Assembly (NCBI GenBank): GCA_036172245.1
Contig: JAYWIR010000001.1
Location: 10,850,001 to 10,914,000, forward strand
Direction of reading: 5' to 3'
Length of the DNA stretch: 64,000 nucleotides
From: Raillietiella orientalis
Taxonomy: Eukaryota
Shown here: positions 51,420 through 61,610 of the stretch, in pieces
Layout: each line of letters opens with the position of its first letter
Position numbering within the stretch: position 1 is the first letter of the stretch
The notes under the pieces: model-generated
Seen by the model: the letters and a program-made list of their open reading frames with translations, nothing else
Told to the model about the DNA's origin: nothing
The model's database searches: none
Made by a program: the position numbers and the translations under genes

Positions 51420-52780
51420 TCCTGACAGACAGAGAGGGGCCGAGGATCTTTTGAGGGAAGCCCTGTGGAAACAGAGTCCAACTCAAAGACTCAAAGACTT
51501 GTGTGCTCCGCGTAAGGATGGTGGACTGGGCCTCCTTTCGCTGGACAGGATGGAGAGTCAGAACCAGTTCATAAGACCTGGCCTCGCGGCGAGAGCGTGG
51601 ACCGCGCTGTAATGCGCAAAAACACAGCTCCTCGCAAAGATTGCAATCAGCTGCGAGGGACTCACCTCCCTCCTCGTCGCTCGCGAGAGATTGCTCAGGC
51701 GTTGCGGATACCAACTTTGCCAGATGGTTGCCCTGGTGAAGAAAACCTGCATCTTCTGTCTCTCCGCAAACTGCACCACCTGCCTTCAGGAATCGGTCTT
51801 CGCCTGGGGAAAGATCCGTGGCGCGAGGAAGACGAAGTACACCTGCCTGCAACGAGGCATAGACGTCCTCGACCCGCAGAAGAAGATGGACCTCATCCAC
51901 TCCGCTTGACACAGTGCTGCCCTTTCTAAGGGACGCAAGGGACAGTACAATTTTGGCAAGGTGTTGGTAAGAGATTTGCTGCGTGGAAGCAAAGAAGAAA
52001 CTATCGTTGGCATGGACAACTCGGGAAGGGACAGAAGCGGCGGTCTCAAGTGTTCCACTCCAAAGACTTCTACGCTGGGGAGAGCTGCTCGGCATCTTCC
52101 CGGAGAAGTGGAATTGGCATCCAGCATGTGGGAACAGTGGCACTCTTCCCTCAAGTGGCTGGAGTGGGCGTTGCTGGTGGCGTATGGGGGAATCCTGTGC
52201 AAAGCGCGCCTTTGCCACTGGACGCAAGGGGAGGATGGGTGCTCAGTAGGTCAGGTGCAGGAAGAAGGAGACTCTCTCGGACCTGCTGTTAGACTGTGTT
52301 GCCCTCCGATCATTTTGAGATCGCTTCGCGACTATCCTAGGAATCCTGGTGGGTGACCCCTGACATTTGCTGCCTTATCTTCGCGCGTACAGCGCAGCCT
52401 CCACCCGCGTCCCTGGACGTGCTCTGCTGTCCTCGCGGGATCACGGCGGCTTAGAACGCCGGTAGAAGATACCGAAATGGCAGGCGCTCCATCCACTGAG
52501 CGTGAATCTTCCCGAAGACCGCCTCGAGATGGCCCCACCTGGGCGAGGCACGAACGGAACTTGCCAGCATCCTGAACAGGATGCAGAGGAGGAGGTCTAG
52601 CAGCGTACACTGATTTCTTCCTCCATCCTCCCCCTCCGTTCCTCGAAGCAGATTTCTCCAGAACCTACGAACTGATCTTCGGAAGGTTCGTTGCAAGTGG
52701 TGGAACCTAGAGTTCCACCACACCAATGTATTTTTATTGTTTTATCTAATAAATGACTTGGCATAACCGGTTGTTCATCA
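51420..52780 (+). mobile_element. Decayed L1/Tx1-like ORF2 3' part plus 3' UTR
   Basis: RKDGGLGLLSLDRME, SLKWLEWALLVAYGGILCKARLCHW, VLCCPRGITAA and RWPHLGEARTELASILNRMQ. There is a UTR hairpin GTGGTGGAAC...GTTCCACCAC and a terminal cassette at 52748-52780. Confidence 0.75.
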
Positions 52781-53471
52781 TCCTAGGCCAATGGTGACGG
52801 TGACTTCTGAGGTCGTTACTGGCCTTAAAAAAAAGAAAAGAAAGGGGAGAGACGGATCTCGGGAACGGGAGTGCCTCCGCAGATCAACGGGTTTCTCACG
52901 AACGCGCTATGAGGGACAAACAACGGACGTGTCGGTCACAAGAACAGTTTTTTCGACACTGCTTAGCGGTGCTTGCGTTGCTGGCGGTGTTCCCTGGAAT
53001 GTGTCGGACTCCCGGCAGTGCGCACGACCACGAATCCTCTGTCTGAAAACCAAACGTCGGTTCCTCGACCTTGTGCGGCAGTCTGGAAAATGTCGGAGGT
53101 CGACGGAATGGGGGATCCCTTTCCTTCCATGGACCATCATTTTGTGCACCATCCGGTTGCAGGAAGCTGACTGCGTATGAGGTCAACCTGCGGCCGTCGC
53201 CTGACTGTGTCGCGCGCTTCGAGTGAGCCGACAATGGCAGAATCCCTCCTAAGGGTACAGCGAGTTGATCTCGGACTAGCGAGGATTGCCTGAGGTCGGT
53301 AAGCGAGCATCTGCATGCTGACGTGTGGTGGCGGAAAACCCAACCAACCCATGGCTGCTTTGATCAAAATCAACGGAAAGATTCTTCTCAAATTTGGCGT
53401 CGCCACGAAGAAAAGCACACAATAATAGCACATCCAAATGTATTACTGCTGATGAAAATGACACAAAGTGC

Positions 53472-55360
53472 TCAGTTGGCCAAAGTCACTTTCCCCTCGT
53501 TGCCACTAGAGAGCTCCAATTTTATAAGAAGCTTTCTTATGAGTTCCACTCCAATGGTCCAGTGTGACTCGGTCTCTTTTCGAAGCCCGTGGTTGAAAAG
53601 CAGGTAGCAGACATTGCTTCCCGGATAGGCCTGCCGAAGAAACAATGACATAAAAATAATACGGAATGAATGATTCCTCCTTTCAGTCTTGTCAGTTGGT
53701 CAGCCGAGAATAGCCTCAAGCGATTCCCGGCAGACAAGCATCCTCTGACTGCTTGAAGCAGCCAAAGGCTGCGAAACGTTTTGTTCTCTGAGCTGTCCTC
53801 AGAGAACACGATGTCTTCTTGCGCGAGAGAAAGGAGAGAGTAAAGAAGAGACGTTCCGCGCATGCAAGCAGATGCAGGAGCTGCCACCCTACCGATCGGA
53901 ATTTTTGCTCACCGGGATTGAGTACTCCATGACGTTAAGAGAAACTTGCACTCCGTTGCCGAACGAGTAGGTCACGTCCTTTTGTTTCTCAGGATCGCGG
54001 CTGTCGCAAGACATCTATGCGTGGCAAGTGATCATCAAGGCCACGGCCATCGGCGAAGCACCAACCTTGTACAGACGGTTGAACGGCGGGGAGGGTGTCG
54101 CGGGAATGAACTCCAGCAACCATTGCATGAAGTCTTCGGGTACTTCCATAAAGTTCAAGCCAGTGTCGATCACGGCGCTTGTTTCGTCGCCTATTCCGAA
54201 AGACTCACCTCCATAGGAAATCCTGCAAGTCAGAAATTGGGGAAGGGATCGTTTGGTGTAAGGGTGCGTTTTTCAGACGGATGCTGGGAAGGAACGAAAT
54301 TTCCCCCGAAGGTCCAAACTTCACGCGACGCGGTTTGCAAACTCGGGGGTGGCTCCCTGCACGCCACCGTCTCTGGTAAGCGCGCAGGGTCCGTCGCTTG
54401 GGACACCCTCACGAGCTGAAGGGGTGCTTCCTTACCCTTCTAAAGAGAACGAGGCCATATTGGGCCACTTCTTCCCACTCCGATCCAGGAGTGGTTTCGA
54501 CACGGACTGCCGGACTTTCTTCCAATCTTCGGAGTCGACTCCACCAAAGGTCACTTTGGAACCGAAATCCCTGGTTGGAGGAGAGGCAAAGCGCTATTCC
54601 CGGAATTCACATCTCTCCTTACTCTCCAAGGGAGAATCCGTAAATCTTGGGTTCGGCAGCAACCACTTGCAGACTCAGCAGATCCAATCCAAGCATCCCA
54701 TCTCCGACCATGAACTGATGCAGATACGAGCTGTTGGTTTCCAGGGTGAACAACTCCATGAGCGACTCTCGCTCTTCGAATGCGAGCGTCGTATCGATAT
54801 TTCGAACCTAAAAGGTCGGAGTGCCGGAACTCTGAGAGTAGCACCTACCTTGATGTTGTCCGCACCCTCTCTTGTGCTTAAGTACACTCCCAAGTACCAT
54901 CTCGAAAGGCTCTTTCTCCTATCCCTCCATGTGGAAGACTTAGAAGGGTCGAATCGCTTGTGCGTTTCTAGAAGAAGATCACATCACATTGAAGAGGCAC
55001 CGCTATTCATCCAGACGTGTCGCTTACTGCACCAAGGCGTTTCGCATTGAATGTCCGGAACCCAGAGACCACTGAACGTGCTGTCCACGTTGACAGCGAA
55101 TTCTTCCTCCTCAGAGCCTGCCTCGACGACGGTGTACCACTGACGCTGAAAAGTGGGGTTTGGGGTCGCCTCGGGCGTAGTCAGGTAGCGCGGTTCTCAC
55201 CAGTACTTCGTGGAATCCCAAATGGAGGGTGTGGACCGGCTGGTCAGTACTCACGCGGGCAACCCTGGAGAAAGAACGTGAACGAGCCACAGTCTTGCAA
55301 AGTAAAGACCTGAAGATCTTACCCTGACAGGGCCACACAGACAAGGAGGACGGCGAACAT
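53472..55360 (-). CDS. Secreted pepsin-family (A1) aspartic peptidase homolog, 9 exons, 358 aa, non-canonical first catalytic motif
   Basis: Exons 55360-55323, 55264-55201, 55145-55028, 54967-54849, 54807-54623, 54570-54436, 54222-54066, 54014-53913 and 53630-53472 total 1077 nt, are all GT-AG and in frame. Motifs: signal peptide MFAVLLVCVALSG, FAVNVDSTFSGLWVP..C....C, HKRFDPSKSST, DGMLGL, VTFGGVD, AVIDTG, WTIG. Confidence 0.9.
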
Positions 55361-55420
55361 GCTGGAGGCGGATGCTGAGCGATTCCTCTTCTGTGGAGGA
55401 ATCCCGACTCGCTCCTGCTC

Positions 55421-55428
55421 CTATATAG
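55421..55428 (-). promoter_or_regulatory. TATA-like box of the aspartic peptidase-like gene
   Basis: TATATAG lies about 60 nt upstream of the ATG in otherwise GC-balanced sequence. Confidence 0.55.
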
Positions 55429-58400
55429 CAGGAAAACGAAACGGGTGTTCCGAACATCTTTCTTTCGGAGTCCGCCAATTGGCGGGCCTGCAGTATCAGG
55501 TGATGCCTTCATCTCGCACGTATGGGTTGCCGCGAGAGAGAGCAGGCTTCGAATGAAACTTTTTCTTAATCGACGCGTACAGAATGCACGTGGGAGGAGG
55601 AGGATGCCCCGTATACAGAGTGTAGGCAAGGTATGCTCCTTCCATGTCTGGTGAGAGAGCGTTTTCCCGCTGCCACTCGCGACCACTCTATTGAACTGGG
55701 AAACGGACGTGACTTCGCGTCAGGGGGTTCGCTCCCTGCTTCGCGCCAGCGACAAGAGCCAGCGGCAAGCACTTCGACTGCCGAGCCGAAGGCCGCTCAC
55801 TTACCCCGTCAGCTGATTTCCGGGGTCCCTTGTGAATCGCGACAGACGGTTGCGAGATGAAAACGACGGGCTCATCCTTTCGTGGCGAGGTGAGCGTCTT
55901 GAGCCCAGGTCCAGGGCTCCACCACCAGGCCTGCCGTCGCGAAAGGCTGACCATCCGATCGGAGGAGGCGAGCTGCGCCCCACGAGGAGCCGCTCCGGAC
56001 AGCGGCCGTAGCGCATTCTCAAGACAGGCTGACTGCGGACCGTCCGAAAAACCGAGGAGCCAAACGGCGTGACCCGAAACGGAGGAACCGTCGCCCCTGC
56101 CGGAAAAGAGTCCTTTTTCCCGGAGCGGGTGCTCGTTTCTGCATCGGCTAGACGAACGGCCATCTTGAATCCAGGACCCAAGCTTGCGGAGTCCTGCTCC
56201 AGCTGATGAACTCGAGAAGGGCGCCATCGGCTACGGATACCCACCTGTACCGCACCGCCGCACCCACGAGAGGCGGAGGATCCCTGCTGCTGGAAAAATT
56301 CCTTCAAGCACGAGTGAACAAAGAGAAGCTCAGTTCCTCTTATTCATTCGCGGTGGGTCGTCGCCTGCCTCGCACATTCGATAGGAAAGGTGTGCGACGC
56401 AGGACATGGGGGGATTCTCCCGATTCCTGGCAGGGGGGAAAAAATTCAGGTTTCAATCGAGATTCTCGAAGGCTTGGGTGCGATCCTGCGTGTCTGATGA
56501 TTGCTCAGGAAAGAGCAAAGGATGAGAATCGCGACTCTCCCATGGCTGCATCAGCGAAGTGTTTTGCGTGTGGTCTGTTGCATTCCGAGCCCAACTGTTT
56601 TGCTGTTCACGAAAGTGCGTGCAACGCGATCAGTGATGGTTGATTTGGCGTGGGGGGTCTGCTCTTCCGAGATATCTTCGCTGAGAAACATCGCGTGCGG
56701 AACATTACGATTCTCATGTTGATTTTCCCGCAGCATCCCAGCACGCGAACCGAGATCATCGTTCTGACTGCGGAAAGCTAGATCGCAAGCGGAGAACCAG
56801 AGGTTGCTCAAGACTCAACCTGCCGTTGTTAAGCAAAGCACGAGTCGTTCAGACGGGTTGAACGATCCGCTGCATCCACACGGAGGACTGTGACGTTTTT
56901 CTGTCTCCCTGTCTGCAGTCAGCTGAGATTTGACGCTGCCCGACACTTGCCATATGCTCAGCTGCGTCATCGCAGCTGAGCATATGGCGTCCTCATATTT
57001 ACGCAGGAAGAGTTCCGCCAATGCCATCTTGTCCTGCTGCCTTCAGTGCTTGGAACCGTGGAACCTGTGCAGTTCTCCTTGGCTCCCTTCCACCTGTTCC
57101 TGCTCGCTCCCCCTCTTCAATTCTTATCCTTGTCGCTCGCTCCTAGCAAGCTCCCGGCTACCTCTTCACTACGGTTGGTTCCCGCGGGTTGCCCTTCGCT
57201 TTAGGCTTGAGCGCTGACTGAGAGTCCACGGCTCCATGCGTGGATTTCTCCAAGCGTGCGCATGAGGCTGCTGTTCCCCCCGCTCCCATTCGCGCCCTCT
57301 GTGTGCGCAAATGAAGCCGTGCGCTGCGCCGCTCGTCTAGCCTTGCTGGAAGTGACCAGCAGGACCGTGGATCGCAAGACGTCGGAAGCAACCGCTCCCG
57401 AGACTGGACTGAACGGCGTTTGGTTGCTTGACTGACAACGAGGGTTGCTCGAGTGTTTCCAAGCGTGCCTAAGACCGAGGTCTTGGGCCGTGTGCCACAA
57501 ACCCGAAGTTTCTGAAGGTGAGGCTGTCCCTTGCCTCGTCGTTGTCCTTCCTGGTGTTCCGTGCCTATCTCAAAGCCGTATGCGAGACTCGAGCTCAAAC
57601 AGGAGTTCGTTGAGGGTTCGAATCCCCGCGTGGAGGATGGACGCCGAGAGATTAGGTGCCCCATGGGTTCCGAGTCCCACGGAGATATCAGCGAGGAACA
57701 CAAAACATACGCCTGCGAGGTAGGAAGTGCCAGCCGGGGTCACATTTCTTCATCGGGAAAACTCTCCAAGCAAAGAATCCAGCACGTTCCATTCCGACCT
57801 TGCCGCATCCTCGAGCAAATCTTCGGCTTTCTCGTTTTGCCAGTCTACAGCCCACACATTGTTGACATCTTCGGGTTTCCCTGTCCTGTGACCCGGGAGT
57901 TTCGAGTGTCGAAGTACCGTCCACCGGTGTTCAAATGGACGCTCGGATTCCGGATAAAGAATGCGGGGCAGCAGCTGCTCAGAACCAGCTCTCCCCTTTT
58001 TCCTCGGACCGAAAGGCCGTCGCCGGGGTTTTTCTCCGAATGGACGGACGGCAGATGCGACAGCTAGGAATGCGATTGGATTTTCTGTGCTGCAGGGGAA
58101 GATCCAGTCGAGGTGCTGCAGACCAAACGGCTTCTTTTCGAGCACCGCTTCCCGCCCGAAGGTCCTCCCGTGCTTCGGCTGCCGTGAAAGACTCTTTTCT
58201 CAACACGGAGATGCTGGCCGAGTGCAGCATGGATGCGTGCTAGGAGACGCTTCATCCGGATGATCCATTCCTATTTCTTAAGAAGGTATCCGGTCCTTTC
58301 CTGTCGGTAGGCGTTCAGGAGCTTGGCGAGGTCAAAGTTCAGTGGGCTTCCTTTGGAGTTGCAGCAGTGGCAGCTGCGGTTCTTACCCCACAGCAGCCCT

Positions 58401-58789
58401 GCTGGCATGTCCTCGTCACTCCACGGTCCAGGAAGATGCTTCTCGTCCTCGGAGATCCCATCGTACCTGACTTTTACTTCCTTGCAACCCAGAAAGGTTT
58501 CGTCTCACGCTACGGCTTCACGTAAACGCCCGAATCAATTGCTCCAGTGACTCATGCCGTTAGCTCACGCATACCTGTTTGCTAGGGGCAAAAATAGTGA
58601 AAAAGGGAGATGGGAGGAAGAAACCCACACAAATGAAAGAAGGAAAAACAAATGTACACAGGAGGGATGAGGAGATCACGTGAGAGATCACTGCACGAGG
58701 TGCGCCCGTTTGCACGCGGCCCGACTCGGCCCGGCCCGGTAGGCACACCTTCCTTGCCCCCCTCTTGCGCCCCCTGTTTTTTGTTTTCC

Positions 58790-60222
58790 CGCCCCCCCAC
58801 TCGGCCAAGCTCCAAGCGCACAGCCTGTTGAGGAACGCTCTGTGGGGACCTGCGAGGTCCAGGATCCGCCTCAAAGACTTGGCGGCTCCGCGGCGGGATG
58901 CTGGCTTAGGCATCCTGACGCTGGAGAGAATCGAGCTGCAGGTGCAGCTTCGAATGTTGGCCCTGTGCGCCAACCTTTGGTCCACTCCGTGGTGCGCTCC
59001 CGCGCGCCTGCTCCTGCGGCGCTGCACCGGCAGCGATGGACTTCTGTCGCTGCGGCCGCATACGGAGCGCGCCACGAGAAGCTTCGGTTTCCCGTTGAAG
59101 CCCCTCTGCCGGCTCCTGGCAGCCCAGGAATGGATCTCCTGCCGCCCAACGAACTTTGAATCCTGGCGGCAGGAGGCGTTGCATGCCTGGGCAAAGCACC
59201 AGGATGTTTCCCTTCTGGAACTCCGTTGCGCTCACCTCTCCCCGTACTGCACGGTGGATGAGGTGTGCAACAGCCAGGAGAAGCGGACTCGCCTGGCCGT
59301 CACCCCCCTCGCCGACGCGCTGTCAGCCCTCAGGGCAAGAGATGACAGGTGCCAACCGGCGAGGTGGGAGGTCGTCTGCACCATCGCAGGAGGAACACGA
59401 CCCATAGGAGGCTGGAGGACTTGCGAGCTGGCAGACGCCGCCACGCCTCGCCACATCCCGAAGGGACTCCTTCGGTGGAGTGAACACTTGAGTGTGCCCC
59501 CCGAAGAACTTGTGGTCCCTCCCTCCTGTTTGAACACTTCCGTGTTCCCTTTAACTTGGAAACAGGACGTCACCATGCTGGTGCATTGGGGTTTTCACTC
59601 CAACCAGCGGACGAACCGTGTTTCCGGGGGAGCTGTCTCCCCAAACTGTAAGCGGTGCGGGGAAGTGGAAACGCTCCCGCACCTGCTCCTGGACTGCGGT
59701 GCCCTCCAAGGACTGTGGCGGAGGCTGCCCTCGGCTCTCCTGCACCAGGGGGACACCGCGAGAGACTTGATGCGCCGCTTCTTCACGCCAGGCGGCCTGT
59801 CTTTAGGTGCTGTCGTCGCAACCGTGTGTTGCACCCGCGCCATCGACAAGGCCCACCGAGAGTTGGAGAAGCTGGCCATCCTTCGTCAGCCCACCGGATT
59901 AGCCAGCGCGAACATGTCGTCGGCTGCCAAGTGGGCCCATCTACCGGAGGGCGTGAGGAGAGAGATCGCCGGCATCCATCGCCGGTTCTGAAAGGAAGGA
60001 ACGGCCGTACCAAAGACCCCTGTCCCCTACCCTCCCCATATCTTTATTTTTATCTTTTATACTAGTGTATTTGTGGTCCCCTCCCTCGCGTTCCGGACTT
60101 TTTGTATACCGACCTGCGTGTCGGGGATCCCACCCCCTTCGTCTCTTCTGTATCGTTTGTCCGGGAATTCTGTTCCCGGATAGTTTTTCAATAAACGCCC
60201 CGGCGCACCCGGGTGATAAACA
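58790..60222 (+). mobile_element. 5'-truncated L1/Tx1-like non-LTR retrotransposon, best-preserved copy
   Basis: The frame is uninterrupted to 59991 and contains APRRDAGLGILTL and the zf-RVT-type CKRCGEVETLPHLLLDC. The 3' UTR is pyrimidine-rich, and the terminal cassette is at 60190-60222. Confidence 0.85.
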
Positions 60223-61610
60223 ACCGACCCCCCGCGATCGTTTCGATCTCCTGGACGTCTCCTGCGGGGATCACGTGGATCTCCTGCAGAAGCGCCAGGT
60301 CGAAGTCACGCAGGGTGGCGGCTGTGTGTGTCGCGCAGCCCGTTGACGTTCCAACAGACCACGCGGATCCGACGGCGACAGGCGAGTCCAGGTGTTATGC
60401 CTGGGAACCTGGCGGTGGGGGTCCCGCCACCTGTTGGGGCGGGTCGCTGGACGGGGTTGGCGTCTCGCCCACCAACTCCCCATCCTTCTTAGGTGCCGAC
60501 GTGTCCGGCTCCTCATGAGAAGGCGGTGTTCTGCCTACCTGTACGCCCACCTCCATGGGTGCGGGATGTTCAGGTTGGACGGATGTAGGGGGCATTGCTC
60601 TCCCCTGGGCACCCTCCTCCATTGGAGTCGCCTGGTCGTCGGCTTCCGAACGTGGGAGATGCCCGTCTTGGGCTCCCACGCTGCCGTCCACCACACCTTT
60701 CCCCATTGCATCTCCCTCGCTCGGAGGCGGAATGCACCTTCGGGATTTCTGGGACTTTCGTCCCGATTTTCGTGGAGGTGCTTCCGCGGAGGAGGATGCA
60801 CTTCCGGCCTCCCGGTCGGACTCGCCTGCGGGGGCCATTTTCGCCGGTGCCGGCCTTCGCAGTCCCTTCCGCGAGGGGTTCTCGCTCTCTGCGAGCGTTG
60901 CCGCAAGCTCCTCCGCGGCCTTCTCGAAGGCGGCGTCCTCGCTGTCGGCGAGCTTGTCGCGCGGCTGACCCTCTGCTTGCGCAGAGGTGCGCCTTCGCGC
61001 GCATCGATCGCGCCGGGAACGGCGGTTGAAGGCGTATCGCCTCGGGTGGTGTCGGCAGGAACGTTAATGCGCTCCAGCGTCACCGTGCACTCACGGAGAG
61101 TTTTTACGCGCGGCACGGATTTCGCTTTTGCTCCGGTCGCGTTTTTCTCCGTTTTTTTCGGGACACTTCTGTCCCTTTTTACTTTTTTGGCTTTGACAAG
61201 CTGCCAGCCCTCTTCTCCCTCTACGGTTTCGGGGACCTTGTCCTCCGACGCCGGTTTTGGGGATTGGGGTAATGGCAGCTGATCTCGGCCAATTTCCCGC
61301 AATTGCACTTTTTCTTTCCCCGCGCGTTTCCCTTGCTCGTTTTTGGCGGCCGGGGGAATCGGGGTGGGGCGTTTCGGGCACACACGACGGACGTGGCCCT
61401 TCTCCTCGCACATGTAGCACTCGATGTTCGGGCACCTCTTTCGGAGGTGACCTACTGCATCGCAGTAGCCACAATACCGTGGCTTCCCCACACACCACAG
61501 GTCAACCGACTCGCTTGCGACCTCTAGTTTGTGGGGGAGTTTCGCATTTTCTTTCGGGGTGACTCGCGCTGCGGCCATGCCCCCGAAGAGGCGTCCGTAG
61601 CCCTCAAATA
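60223..61610 (-). mobile_element. L1/Tx1-like element: ORF1 (two CCHC zinc knuckles) and start of the ORF2 AP endonuclease
   Basis: GKPRYCGYCDAVGHLRKRCPNIECYMCEEKGHVRRVCP and EGWQLVKAKK, then IRVVCWNVNGLRD and DLALLQEIH (60370-60270). It is cut off by the plus-strand copy. Confidence 0.85.

Noticed and set aside
58788-58800. Possible TSD CCGCCCCCCCAC versus CCGACCCCCCGC (60224-60235)
   Set aside because: The match is low-complexity with mismatches, and the left flank does not clearly continue the interrupted endonuclease.
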